From Eledone cirrhosa (lineage: Eukaryota), in NCBI GenBank assembly GCA_964016885.1, contig OZ024747.1, positions 63,736,001 to 63,800,000 of the forward strand: a stretch of 64,000 nt of DNA. Reading direction: 5' to 3'. The notes under the pieces were generated by a model. It was not told the DNA's origin. It was given only the letters and a program-made list of their open reading frames with translations, and did no database searches. Positions 14,160 through 27,412 of the stretch are shown one piece after another; position 1 is the first letter of the stretch; every line of letters begins with the position of its first letter. The position numbers and the translations under genes are program-made.

Positions 14160-14206
14160 GGGTGTGTATATATATATATATGTGTGTGTGTATATATATG
14201 TGTGTG

Positions 14207-14239
<33 letters not shown>

Positions 14240-14440
14240 ATATATATATATATATGTGTGTGTGTATATATATGTGTGTGTATATATATATATATATGTG
14301 TGTGTGTGTAAATATATGTACGTATGTATATATATGTGTGTATATATATATACCTATGTATATATATATGTGTGTTTATATGTATGTGTATATATATATA
14401 TGTATATTTATATATGTGTATATATATTTATATGCATATA
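13998..14440. repeat. Compound (TA)n/(TG)n microsatellite
   Basis: Direct inspection; similar tracts at 45780-46095 and 57430-57815. Confidence 0.95.
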
Positions 14441-15043
14441 CCAATGTAGAAATTTGTTTACCTTTTGTTTTATGAGGAAGTTAGCAATTTTGAAAATTGC
14501 ATTGTTCTATCAGCTAAAATAAATGTTTCCCTTATTGAAAGAAGCAGCAGCAGGTGTAGTGGTGGTGGTAGTAGTAGTCATAGTATCAGTAGTAATAGTA
14601 GTAGTAGTAGTAGTAGTAGTAGTAGCAGCAGCAGCAGCCGTAGTGGTGGTGGTGGTAGTAAGGGGAATGGACAGTGGTGATGGTAATAATAGTGATAGGG
14701 AAGTGGGGTGGTGGTGGTGGTAGTAGGGAGAGTGGAAGAGGTGGTGGTGGTGGTGGCAGCAGTAATAGAAATAATGAACGTTGGTGTAGTAGTAGTAGTA
14801 GCGATAAATGTGCTAGACTAGATATTTTCCAGAAGTTATGTCATATACAATAGGCAAGTGAAAGATTAAGTTAAAAGCCATAAAATGAGAAATATTCCAA
14901 TAGGAAAATGAAATCAATAAAATTTCTCTGATGAAATAACACACATAATAATTGTATTCTGGAATATGTTATTTTAGTCTTTTAGATTATTATTTTATTG
15001 ATTTTAGTCATTTGACAGTGACCATGCCTGGGCAGATTCGTGT

Positions 15044-15094
<51 letters not shown>

Positions 15095-15186
15095 CACATA
15101 TACACACTCAAGGGTGCATGTTTCACTGAACAATGAAACACGTGTCCTCGAGTATGGTTTGCTAACTTGTTGTGGAACTAACTCTC

Positions 15187-15279
<93 letters not shown>

Positions 15280-15287
15280 GTAGAGAG

Positions 15288-15323
<36 letters not shown>

Positions 15324-15325
<2 letters not shown>

Positions 15326-15660
15326 AGGCACGTGGCTTAGTGGTTAGAACATTGACCTTGCAATCGAAAGGTTGTGAGTTCAATTCTCAGGCCAGGTGAT
15401 GTGTTGTTTCCTTGAGCAAGACACTTTATTTCACATTGCTCCAGTTTACTGAGCTGTAGAAATGAGATGATAGGGGCTGGGGTCCCTATCATTCCACTGT
15501 AAAGTGGTTGTGGAGGTGCCATGGCATAAAAGCACCCAGTACTCACTGTAAATGAGGTTGGTGTTAGGAAGGGCATCCAGCTGTAGAAATCAAGCCAGAA
15601 TCAGTTCCCGTCCCACCCTTGCAAGCAGGGAAAAGTGGACTTAAAATGAAATGAAATGAA
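15324..15660 (+). mobile_element. tRNA-derived SINE family 1, full length
   Basis: A box tggcttagtgg, B box gagttcaattc, central ccttgagcaagacacttta, and a 3' part shared with the RTE 3' UTR. Many partial copies (about 6780-6965, 7230-7488, 12240-12560, 16215-16566, 17380-17700, 47915-48160, 56270-56596, 62228-62340). Confidence 0.85.
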
Positions 15661-16959
15661 TGAAAAATATATATTTACTTTCTACTTATCTTCTATTTCT
15701 AACTCTATCTTTTGATGAAGGACTATTATCCGAAATGTTAAGCTGAAATTTCAACTATTGAACTAATATATTTCTTCCATCTACTCTGCCATCTGTTTTG
15801 TTATTTTTATTATTTCTGTTTACTTTTTATATATATCCATATGTGATTGACGACTGAGAGAAAAGGATACCCAATACAGAAATAAAGTTTTAATATTCAT
15901 TTTATTAAGGCTAAATAGTGTGTCTTGTTACACTGAAGTTTATAAACATACTTGTTTATACACATACATCTATAAATTCATTTAGTCTTTTTCTTTTACT
16001 GGTTTCAGTCACTGGATTGATTGAAGCCATGATGGGGCACCACCTTGAGCATTTGTTGGTGCGGAGGACAAGTATACCTCAGTACTTCTTTCTCTTTATT
16101 TACTTCTTAAAGTCTGGTACATATTTGATCATTTTTTTAATTGTCAAGCTGCAAATTTAGACGTCTCTATGTCTTTGTGTTGTCAATCGAAATAGACACA
16201 TGCAAACACACATCATCATCATCATCATCACTGTTTTACATCCGTTCTTCCACGCTAGCATGGATTAGATGGATTGTCCTGTTGTGGGCAGTGTCCGGTC
16301 GGCTGACCTTGTCTTGCTCATATGGGAACTGATTCTGGCTTGATTTCTATATCAACCTCATTTACAGTGAATGTTGGCTGCTTTTTTTCTGTGGCGCCTC
16401 CACGTCCAATTTACAGTGAGTGCTGGGTGCTTTTTTGCCATGGCACCTCCACGACCACTTTGCAGTGGAATGATATGGACCCCAGTCCTATCATCTCATT
16501 TCTACAGCTGAGTAAACTGGAGCAATGTGAAATAAAGTGTCTTGCTCAAGGAAACAACACATCACCCAATATATATATATATCATCTTCGTTAGTACGTC
16601 TAATTTTCCATGCTTTCATATATATGTATCTATGTGTGTGTGATTGGCTTCTGCACAGTTTCTAGCAGCCAAATTTCACTCACAAAGCATTAGTCAGCCT
16701 GAGATTCTAGAAGAAGACAGTTTCTCATGAAGGAGAAAGACAATGAAAGTTATATGCTGGTTGATGGTAGGAAGTTTAATATAAATTTAATTAAAAATAA
16801 ATTATTATAAAAAAAATGATCAGACCATGTTATGTCAACTTATATAAATTTATACTCGCAAAAGTAATAATAAAAATATTGACCATGTCATCATGAATTC
16901 AAGTGTTGATGCTAACTCATTTCTAGGCATACAACAACATTAACAACAAGCTTTTTCAT

Positions 16960-17330
16960 GCCATTTCTCCTTGTTGAAGAAGGCTTAGACTTGCAGGCTC
17001 CATGACAAGCTTTTGCATTCTTCTTTTTCCCCTGTCATGTTTTTCTTGGTCCTCCCCTTTTTCTACTTCTTTCCAAATTCATTTCTATCACTTCTCTCAC
17101 CCAGTCACTTTCATCTTTCCTCAACACATGACCCAACCATCTCACTCCATTTCTCATCACAACATTCATCACTGGCTTTATTATTATTATTATCATCCTC
17201 TGCTATTCATTGTTTGTCATTTTCTCTCTGAGCATTACTCCACTCATCCACCAAACCATTCTCATTTCCATTATTTGCAGTCTTTTCAGCTGCTCCATGT
17301 TTAACCTGGCCCCCATACATTGCTACATGT
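16960..17330 (-). mobile_element. Decayed RTE-like LINE 3' fragment
   Basis: Minus frame VRWLGHVLRKDESDWVREV..RKRGGPRKT*. Confidence 0.65.
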
Positions 17331-19077
17331 TAAACACATTCAATTCTATTTCATACTACAGACATTAACACCTTCTTTAGTGGCACTCTGTTGGTTACGA
17401 TGACAAGTGTTCCAATTGATACCAAACAGCTTGATCATGAAATTAACATGCAAGTGGCTGAGCATTCCTCAAACATATGTATCCATAATGTAGTTCTCAG
17501 GGAGATTCAGCATGACACAGAATGTGACAAGGCTGATCCTTCGAATTACAGGTACAAATCATTTTTGCCAGCTGAGTGGACTGGAGCAACATGAAATAAA
17601 GTGTCTTGTTCAAGGACACAGCGCACCACAGGTAATCTAACCTACAACCTTACAACCATGAGCCGAGTACCCCAATCACAAAGCGATGTGCCTTCTTACT
17701 ACATAAAGAACTCATTTACAATAAGTGAATATCGCATTACTGCTGAAAAACCTTCCTATATATTTATTGGGTTACCTTTGGTTTCATCAATGTTTATTCT
17801 AGGTGTTCAATCAATGGATAAGCCTGCTCATGAAATTAACATGCATGTGGCTGAGTATTCCACAGACATATGTACCCTTAATGTAATTCTCAGGGAGATT
17901 CAGTATAACACAATGTACGATAAAGATGTCCCTTTTAATTAGAGTTATAGCTCATTTTTTCTATCAGATTGGGACAATAGCAAAATGAAGTAAAGTGTCT
18001 TGCTGAAGGACACAATGCACTACCATCTATATATAAATTTGAGTGACTTCCATCCATCATACAATGTGTGTGTGTGTGTGTTTGTGTAAATGTATCTGTG
18101 TGTAAAAGGATGGTAGGTGGGGGGGAGGGGTTGTGTGAAAAAACTATAGCAAAATAGCGGCTGGCATTCTATTTGCTACACGTTGTGTGTGTGTGTGTAT
18201 GCATGTGTTTGTGTAAATGTATGTGTGTTTGTGTGAATGTATGTGTATTTATGTGACTGTATGTCCGTGAGTGTGTATTTTTGTCTGTCTGTGTTTGCGC
18301 ACTTATATTTATATACTCATACATATAAATGTATGCATATGCACATACACACACACATATACATACACATATGTGTCAGAATGTTGAAAAAAATCCTAGC
18401 ACTTTAAAGTTACAGTCTTATAATCCTGAGCTGAACATTCTGACCATTATACCACACACCTTCACTTTTATATATACTTGTGTAGAAAATAGACTTAGAA
18501 TAATATTATAATGATAAAACCAATTTTTTTTCCTAATGCTTGTCTAACAAAATAGTTATTGAAAAGCACATACAGCTGAGGAGATAATGGATTTAAAATA
18601 GTAAAATAAATAGTTTTAGATATTTCTGTATTGAAGTAAAATTTGTATATTTTTGTGAATCTGAATAAATGTTTGTATAATTGTGTTTAAGTTTATTGTT
18701 TTAATAGTTTCAAGTTGTGAAAATATCTAAATACTTTTTATAGAGCAGTAATGTCTCTTGGTGGTTTTTCTCTCAATTTATTCAAATGTATTTCCATCAA
18801 ACTTGAATGAAGCAATATTTATATTTTCATTTGAAACTGTTTCTAGTTTGGAATAAATTTAGCAACTCCATATTGGTGTATTTGTTTGTTGCACTAAAAT
18901 TATTATTATCATCACTTGTCCATTTTTCATTCTGGTATGGGTTGGATGAGTTGGCACAGTCTGAGATTTGACAGATCTGAGTAACACATTTAGCTCATAC
19001 ATTCCCTATTTTAATATTTCTATAACTGGATGTCCTTCCTAACACCAGGTTAAAAGGAAGACCTCTCCATTCCAAGC

Positions 19078-19455
19078 AGTCACCTACCCAACTATATGTG
19101 TGCATGTGTTGCAATGATGTATCCAACTGGATATGTGCATGTGTTCAGTCACCTAACCAACTCCAAGTGTGCATGTATTGCAGTTGTCTAATGAACTGCA
19201 AGTGTGCATGTGTTGAAGTCACTTAACCAAATGCAATTGTGCATGTGTTGAAGTCACCTCCAGATGCAAATATGCATGTGTTCAGTCACCTAACTAACTC
19301 CAAGTGTGCATATGTTGAAGTCACCTAACCAGATGAAAATATGCATGTGTTGAAGTCACCTAACCAGATGCAAATGTGCATGTGTTGAAGTCACCTATGC
19401 AAGTATGTATGCATATGTTGAAGACATTTAACCAACTGCAAGTGTGCATGTCCAT
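19078..19455. repeat. 35-bp minisatellite, about 10 copies
   Basis: Unit gtcacctaaccagatgcaaatgtgcatgtgttgaa. Confidence 0.9.
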
Positions 19456-21066
19456 GCTCACACCAATAGAGTTACCATTTTCAACAGATTTAAAGGACAC
19501 ACTAGATAATATGATCATAGGTACACTATCATCATAATTCCATCTGATTTACATGCTTGCCATGTTGGAGGGGTTGTCAGAGTCAGTTGATATTTAGAAT
19601 TACTACCTCTCCTAGATAGGTTGGAGGTCTACATCTCATTTATATGTTATAGATACTGCAAAACATACTAACCAACTGTCTGACAATTCTACCACCTTAG
19701 ACTGATATATATTTACCAAACATAAAAAGATTAAAAGCACGATTGGCAATGGCTGGATTTGAATTCATATCACAGCGAGCTGAAACAAATTTAAAGTCTG
19801 TCAGAAGCCTCGAGGCTCATTATGCTGGCTTTTATCCAGGTCTCATTAACGTTAAGTAAATGAAAATACACCACACTATCTCCTCATGGAGGAGACACCA
19901 GTCCATCACAGGTTTAACTCCCAACTACTGCAAGTACTCTTGTTCAGTTGAATTCAATGGAGAAACCTGAAATGAAGCATTTTGGTCAAGAACACAATGT
20001 ACCAACCATTCTGAGAAACAAATTCATGAACTTACATTTAGGAACTAAACATACTAACAATTAAGCTGTTGAAATATTGGCCACTTCCCAATAGGATCGT
20101 CATTGAACCTGTAATAGTGGAGATTTCCAACATTCTTGGTTCCCAATACTAACTACTATTGGGGTGAAGTTGGCCACTTGCAGGAGCGAGCGCTGTGAGT
20201 TCTAATGACTAATCCAATGCTTCTCTTTCACCATCTTTTCCATTCTGTGCACTAAGACCATGAGGTGGCTGCCCATGGGCTCCCACACACCAGAGAACCC
20301 CCCTCCCCCAGCACACCACCCAGGCCCATGTTATTGGAGTAGGTAGCGATGTTGTGATACCACTAATTCTTTTTTTCTCATATTTTCTCTCCTTTTAAAT
20401 GTTCAACAGAGTTAGAACTATAAGATTTTAAGAACCTAATATTCACCCACAACATGTACCACATAACATTTTAATCCAACATTCTCATGACTGCCAATTT
20501 ACTGTCTTTTTATTCAGAGACATGCCCTTATTTGATCCTAACATTAAGTTTAAAATGAGGATGAAACCAACAGTGATTAAATTATAGAAGTATTTCTAAG
20601 GAAATATCTTTGTTTATGCTTCAACAATAATTAGATCCAGTTTTGTTTAACGATATATTTTGTTTGTCAATCTTTCTATTTGTTACTGTATTCAACTAAC
20701 GTTTCTTGTGTCACTTTGAAGATAATTGACTTCCCCCACAAAAAAACAGTGCTGCTAGCTAACAATATCCAATCATAATTGATGTTAAAAGTGAAAAACA
20801 TGTTTTTTGATCCGGTTGCAATCAGTTTAAACATAGACAATATGAAAACAACAACAACAAAAACAGAATCAAAACTGGAACGGATAATGTTTAAGAAAAC
20901 ACAAATTAAACAAACAACTCAATTCCAAAATTTATTTTACATTGAAACAATACAAGTTATATGGAATAAAAAAGCATGTTTGTACTACGCACACACACAC
21001 GTTGATGATTATGTTGATGATGATCATCATCATTGTTTTATATCTACTCTCTATGTTGACATGGGT

Positions 21067-21103
<37 letters not shown>

Positions 21104-21650
21104 GTGTCTGTGTGTATATATATATCATCATCATCATCATACGTCTGCTTTTCCCTGCTTGCATATATATATATATATGTGTGTGTGTATATATTTTTAT
21201 GTATATGTATGTATGAATGAATATGTGTGTGTGTTGTATTCAAATCAACATTTCACTAATATTGAGAGTCCTTTATACACATTTTTGTCTACATTATTAT
21301 TTCCTGAAATGAGTTCCACAAAAAAAGTCTGGGGTTTCATGAAATAAAGGGTTTTAAATGAAATAAATAAACATTTTTGTTTGTTTGTTTGTTTCATGTA
21401 GTTTTGCAATGAATGATTACTCCTTCTAAAAACTTTTTATCTCATGTAATATCTTATTAAACGTTGGAAGGTAGGAATTGTATATAAATATAGGCATGGG
21501 TTTTGTGATTTGTTTTTATTCCTTGGCTAAATAGGTTTGAGAACATTAGGTTTCTAATCATCATTGTTTTACATCTGCTTTACTCTGGAAGCAGGTTGTT
21601 TTTGCAACAACAATAATGTCCTTTCATCCTCTTGTTTGGTAGGATGGTTA

Positions 21651-21845
21651 TATGCCCTTCCCATTGTTAACCAAGATTAATAGAAGTGTTCTCCTAAACC
21701 TTTGTCACATTTTCTATGCCCTTCCCATTGTTAACCAAGATTAATAAAGAGTTCTCCCAAATCTTTGTCATATTTTATATCTCCTTCCTATTTTTAACCA
21801 AGATTAATTGAAGAGTTCTTTCAAACCTTCGTCAGATTTTCTATG
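21651..21845. repeat. About 64-bp tandem repeat, 3 copies
   Basis: tatgcccttcccattgttaaccaagattaa...ctttgtca.attttc repeated. Confidence 0.85.
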
Positions 21846-22034
21846 GTTGAATGCTTTTTCTATCACAACTTTATATACCATGGGAGGAGTTGGCTACAAA
21901 CAAGGAAATTTCAGAGGTTGCATGTGTGCATGAAGAGGGGAAGGTGCGGGACATGGAAAATGGGGAAGGTGGAGAGATTTGACTGGAGGTGGCATAAGAG
22001 ATTGAAGATCATCCTCAGTCTATCACAAGCTCAT

Positions 22035-22089
22035 AGTTCTTGTCTGATGACCCTGTGATAGACAGGCAAAACTCCAGAGTAACACGACT
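22035..22089 (+). ncRNA. Mutated type I hammerhead motif (family B)
   Basis: UGU-CUGAUGA-C-CCUGU-GAUAG-ACAGG-C-AAAA-CUC-CA-GAG-U-A^ACA. GAAA is mutated to AAAA; the sister copy at 2108-2149 retains GAAA. Confidence 0.72.
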
Positions 22090-22178
22090 AACTTTTTAGC
22101 CTTCATAATATTGAATATATATATATATATATATCATCATCATCATCGTTTAACGTCCATCTATATATATATATATAT

Positions 22179-22817
22179 TAGTTTTGCGAGGTTTTTTATA
22201 TTAAATCGTGTGTCGAAACAAATATTGTTAAACTTGGGGAGGGTCATATTTGTGTAATATTGCCAGAATTAATAACAGAACACACTCACTGTTTGGTTGG
22301 TTTTCGCTTTTCGCTTCTGCGTCCTTTATATCGGTAATCTAATTTACTCGGTCCTCAATGTTGCCATTGACTGACCAACGGTAAAAAATAATACAGATAC
22401 AATATAGACACAAACACATATATATACTTTATCATAAATCTTTTGTTGCACATCTGCAACATCGTCAGTAGTGCTATTGTTTCCTCCCGTTGCATTGTAT
22501 GTCTACGCCATTTTTATTTAGTTAAAAATGGCGTAGACATACAATGCAACGAGAGGAAACAATAGCACCACTGACGATGTTGCAGATGTGCAACGAAAGA
22601 TTTATGATAAACTATATATATGTGTTTGTGTCTATATTGTATCTGTATTATTTTTGACCGTTGGTCAGTCAATGGCAACATTGAGGACCGAGTAAATTAG
22701 ATTACCGATATAAAGGACACAGAAGCGAAAAGCGAAAACCAACCAAACAGTGAGTGTGTTCTGTTATTAATTCTGGCAATATTACACAAATATGACCCTC
22801 CCCAAGTATAACAATAT
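22179..22817. mobile_element. Fold-back element, family D, 295-bp inverted arms
   Basis: Arms 22222-22516 and 22523-22817, no indels and few mismatches, 6-nt loop. (TA)n flanks; contains a hammerhead-like motif. Confidence 0.85.
22567..22608 (+). ncRNA. Degenerate minimal hammerhead motif (family D) inside long palindrome
   Basis: ACCA-CUGACGA-U-GUUGCA-GAUG-UGCAAC-GAAA-GAUU-UA-UGAU. Core and 6-bp stem II are clear; stems I and III are weak. Confidence 0.6.
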
Positions 22818-22969
22818 ATATATATATATACACACCCACACACTCAACAATGTGTACAACATATGTTTTGTTTATATAGTTATTTGATTAATTATTATTT
22901 CATTGTTTGTTTTGTTGTTGGTGTCTGTAATTGTTTGGTTTGAAAATTGAATCACTTTGTGTTTTGTAG

Positions 22970-23043
22970 GAAGGAAATTCTGGGAAGACCTCTTCTGTCT
23001 GATCCTCATTACTTGGATTCTTCTTGTCATAAAAATAGCACAG
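22970..23043 (+). CDS. MPP7: MAGUK p55 subfamily (MPP7/Metro-like) internal exon A, post-SH3 linker
   Basis: Acceptor gttttgtag|G, donor CAG|gtcagt. 74 nt, phase 2 to 1. Translates (R)KEILGRPLLSDPHYLDSSCHKNST(G) and is in frame with the next exon. Low sequence conservation, so support is mainly from splice signals and phase. Confidence 0.72.
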
Positions 23044-24874
23044 GTCAGTGACTTATTTTACAGTTTTTCCCTTTCTTTTGTATTTGATACTTTTATTGAT
23101 TAATTAAGAAAACTATTCATTAAATTAATTAAAAATGTCTAAACAAAAGAATCTAGAATCTTTTGTTAATTGTTTTTATTTTGTTTTTTCCTAATATCTA
23201 CCTGCACCAATACATTATTTTCATGTTTGTCTGACCCTTTTGACACAAAACCACCAAAACCAACCCCACTGCAGAGACTATGATATAAGGCAATTTGTTT
23301 TAAATTGTTTATACTTATTTAAGAACCATCCATCATAATTATATACATATACACCAGGTCCAGAACCAAACTCCCACTGTCACTGCTTCCGCCTCTCCTA
23401 CTCTCCCCATCCCTCACTATAATAAGCAAATGGGGATCCACGTGCTGCCTCCCATCCCAGAACCTGGTGGATAGAATAGAGGAGGCGTTTTGCCAGAGGA
23501 TGGAGACATGCTGCAAGAGACATTACATCATAATTGTAAGAACATTTGCTAAATAATAAATAGTTGTTTCTACTTTTGGCACAAGGCCAGCAATTATCCA
23601 GTGTATTACTGGTACTTTATTTTATCGACCCCGTAAGGATGAAAGGCAAAGTTAACCTCAGTGGGATTTGAACTCAAATCATAAAGGAGGTAACTCTATG
23701 CTGCAAAGCATAGCGTCCGACCCTCTACCGATACTGCCAATCCACCAATAAATAGTAACACTATCTTAACTTCTTCATACAAACCTAACTGCGACCTAAA
23801 CCTCTAATTCTATAATATGAAGTTATTTGTTTTAAAGTTTTATATTTATCTAAAAACCTCCCATCATAATTTCATATAAAAACCTTTAAGTTGTTCCAAA
23901 CACTATTCTAATCCATAAACCAACTAAATCAACCATATTTTCCCCTGGTTGTAAGTTACAAAACTATTTGTTTTAAAGACCTTCCGTCATAATTTCAGCC
24001 TGCCAGGGTTGTGGGGCAGTCAGAGCATGGGCTCCCATTTCCTCATAATGGAGAGAGAGATGGAGGCAGTGACAGTGGGAGTTGGATTCCTTTGTGTTTG
24101 GGCCTGGTGTATATGTATATGTTTCACAGATTTCAGGGAAGAGTCTTTATGTGCCAAATACCAGTTTAGTAATTATAAAATTAGTTATTTAGTTATTATT
24201 TTCAAACATATGTGAGAATTATAATCAATGACTTTCATTAGAAATATAATAATGAAATGTTTAAATGTTTATCTTTCATTCAACATGAAAAGTCAAGTGT
24301 AGAATTGTAAATATTTCAGAATTGTTGTTTGAAAAAATACAAATATATGTAAGCAGCTATTGATGCTGAATTAATATGCATCTTCAGGTTTTTTTCATGT
24401 ATTGAAATTTCTGAATTGAAGTATTTGCATATGAATAGTTTAAACAAAACTGAATTATATAAATAAATTTGAAAACCAGACTTAGAAGTTGGGCAGATTT
24501 GTAGTAGATGATAGAAGGTTCTAGAGAGCAGATGACCAAGTGTGGTTTGGAGAGGATGCTCCATAGCAATTCATCAGCTCCAAGATTGAATTTGAACTCA
24601 ATATAGCTGGAAGAAATGCAGAAAGATATTTCATCAAATATTTTAACAATTATGAAAATCCACCACCCTGGACTGGTGTTTTATTTTATTGATCTTGGGA
24701 GGATGAAAAGCAAAATAGATCTTTGAGTGCAGAGAACAGCTGAAACAATTACTACAAGGCATTTTGTCCTAGATTTAAACATCTCTACCAATTTGTCACC
24801 TGTAAGAGTAAAGAAGAGAGGACTGGTGGTGTTGTTTTACCTGCAACTTAGTAAATGGTTTCCCCATCCTCAAG

Positions 24875-25189
24875 CAGGGCTTGATTTAGACCTTGGGGGC
24901 TCAGGGCACTTCAGGTTTTTTTTTGGTTTCTTTTGCGGGGGTGGGGGGTCTCATACACAAATACTTAGAATACACAGTAAGCCCAACCCTATTTTACATA
25001 TCAAAGTAAGCTTGGTGCAAGTAATTAGAATTGAAAAGTTATACATACAGGTATAAAATTAACAACATTCTAACCATCCTAAAACTAAAAAAGCCCAGTT
25101 AAGGTAAGCCCATTGCTTGTGCACCCCACCCCCTCTACAGGGGGCTCAGGGCAATTGCCACATTTGCACCCCAATTAAAATCAGCCCTG
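24875..25189 (+). mobile_element. hAT-type MITE (cagggYtggattta family)
   Basis: TIRs cagggcttgattta / taaaatcagccctg; degenerate 8-bp TSD tcctcaag / tcctcaca; interior shared with three other copies. Confidence 0.75.
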
Positions 25190-25218
25190 TCCTCACATGA
25201 AAATCTTGTTCATACTAT

Positions 25219-26140
25219 ACTAGACATGAAAAATGCGCAAGCTCAAAAGTGCCACAGAATGTTATAATAAACCTTCAAAAGTGTGGGACTAGAGTTGTTG
25301 CTAAAAAATATTGTAATCATTATATATCGTACATTCTGTGGCATCCTTTATAAAAATAGCTTAAACCAACGAAGCCTTTATTTTTACGCTATTTCACTTA
25401 GTTAAACTATAAAATAAATTAATTAATATAATAACAGAGCTGCGGAGCTGAAATTTAGGAAATAATAGAGTATCGGATCCTGAGTTGGAGCCAGTCAATT
25501 TTTAGCCGACTCCGCAGCCCTGTATAATACATTTCATATTAAAGTTATTAATAAACCTATTTTACACTGCATGCAAATTACCATGAGATATTGATATTAG
25601 ATATAAGATACAGCGCAATATCTACAGCTGTAAAAGTACGAAAGCGAAGTAATAATAAGTGGCTTAAGGTAATTCCAATATGAAAGTTTGTAGTGATAAA
25701 AATTTGATAATGCAATACGATTGTTAATATTATAGTTCTATGAAAATGTAACAATAGATAACTAAATTATTTTACTATTAGTATATTTAAGAAATTATCA
25801 TTATAGATTTGATCGTTCATATAAGCATCATATTAATTTTCAACACAATTATTTTGTTACTATGAGTATATGATAATAATATTACGTAATTATTTATAGT
25901 TGTTATTACATTAAACATAGATGTATTTATTTTTATATGTTACACTCTAAGAATTAACTAAGTGAAATAGCGTAAAAATAAAGGCTTCGTTGGTTTAAGC
26001 TATTTTTATAAAGGATGCCACAGAATGTACGATATATAATGATTACAATATTTTTTAGCAACAACTCTAGTCCCACACTTTTGAAGGTTTATTATAACAT
26101 TCTGTGGCACTTTTGAGCTTGCGCATTTTTCATGTCTAGT
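25219..26140. mobile_element. MITE/foldback DNA element with 187-bp TIRs
   Basis: Arms 25219-25405 and 25954-26140 are apparently perfect reverse complements; AT-rich non-coding interior. Confidence 0.85.
25435..25522. mobile_element. Nested 88-bp hAT-type MITE
   Basis: TIRs cagagctgcggag / ctccgcagccctg; 8-bp TSD tataataa / tataatac. Confidence 0.75.
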
Positions 26141-27363
26141 TTAATATTTTTTTAAGGCAACGCTTGTAATAACTCTAGTTAAACAGGATATATATTAATA
26201 ATAAATTATCGTTGTAATGTAATTAGATTATGTAATTGTTATTATAAATTATCTTATAAATATTAGTGTAAGATGTATAAAAATATTTTCAGACTTTTAA
26301 TATAAACAACTACAAAAAACAATCAATATTAAATCAATATATTATACATAATAGAAGACATAAAATAAACAATACAAATACAAAATATTTACATACAATT
26401 GCAATTATCAGTGTATATACATTTTCTTTATATTCCCTGAGCAAATTAATAAGATTTGTTTTTATTGTACATAATTTGATGACTTGTTGGTGTGTATTAA
26501 AAGATAGCAACAATTTGTGATTAAATTGTTATCTTAAGCAACTCACTTTTTAATAGTTGTTGGCTGAGCGAAATTGTGAAAGCCTATGAGCAAATATAAA
26601 AAAAAATACACAAACAACATTTCCTTGTGTTATTACAACATTAGATAAAATAATTGAGCAATGTCGTTATATTTTGCTCTTATTGCACATTAATAGTGTT
26701 TCTATTTTTCGGCACAAATCCATTACGGCAGTCCATTACTGGTACTTTATTTTATCGAATTAGTAAGTATGAAAGTCGAAGTTAACCTCGGCAGGATTTG
26801 AACTTAGAATGCAAAGGACCATAACAATACTGCAAAGCATGGTGTCTGACGCTCTACCAATACTTGTGTTGAGCTGGTCATTAATTTATGGTGGTCGTGC
26901 GTGGAGTAGAGCAATCGCTAGTTGAAATATTATGAACAAAACATTTTTATTTGCCGAAGAACATATTTTCAATACTGTTTGTGAATGTGACGAAGGAAAT
27001 ACATTCTGATATGGAACGGTGTACAAAGTGTGTCTGTGAATAACATAATGTTACCTCATGTTGTTGTCAAGACATAATGGATTTCGTTTATCCAGTTAGA
27101 AGATGAAACCTAGCCATCTCGGATTAGTTATATTTCATGCCATGTGTAAACGTGTTTGAGGATAGCAAAATATGCGTGTTTCTTGTCTGGAAACTTTCTG
27201 CTAAACAAATTTGTTTCAGTATATATTTAATATAATATTAATATATTTTGTAATATTATTAACTAATTATTATAATTAGCGCTTCAGGCTTTGTCTATAT
27301 ACTGAAACAAATTTGTAAGTCATTACCTAATTAAACTCTTTGCTTGAAATTTTATCATTCTTC

Positions 27364-27412
<49 letters not shown>

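Noticed and set aside
15324-15400. tRNA gene
   Set aside because: A and B boxes are present, but there is no full cloverleaf and the sequence continues into a SINE body repeated many times.
1-22969. Upstream L27/PDZ/SH3 exons of the MAGUK gene
   Set aside because: Checked candidate acceptors (for example near 6225) by eye and found no matching reading frame; presumed outside the window, though a small exon could have been missed.
24525-24582. Minus-strand CUGAUGA..CAAA-CCA-CACU-UGG-UC hammerhead-like string
   Set aside because: G12 is absent, six extra nucleotides follow stem II, and stem I does not pair; no sister copy seen.
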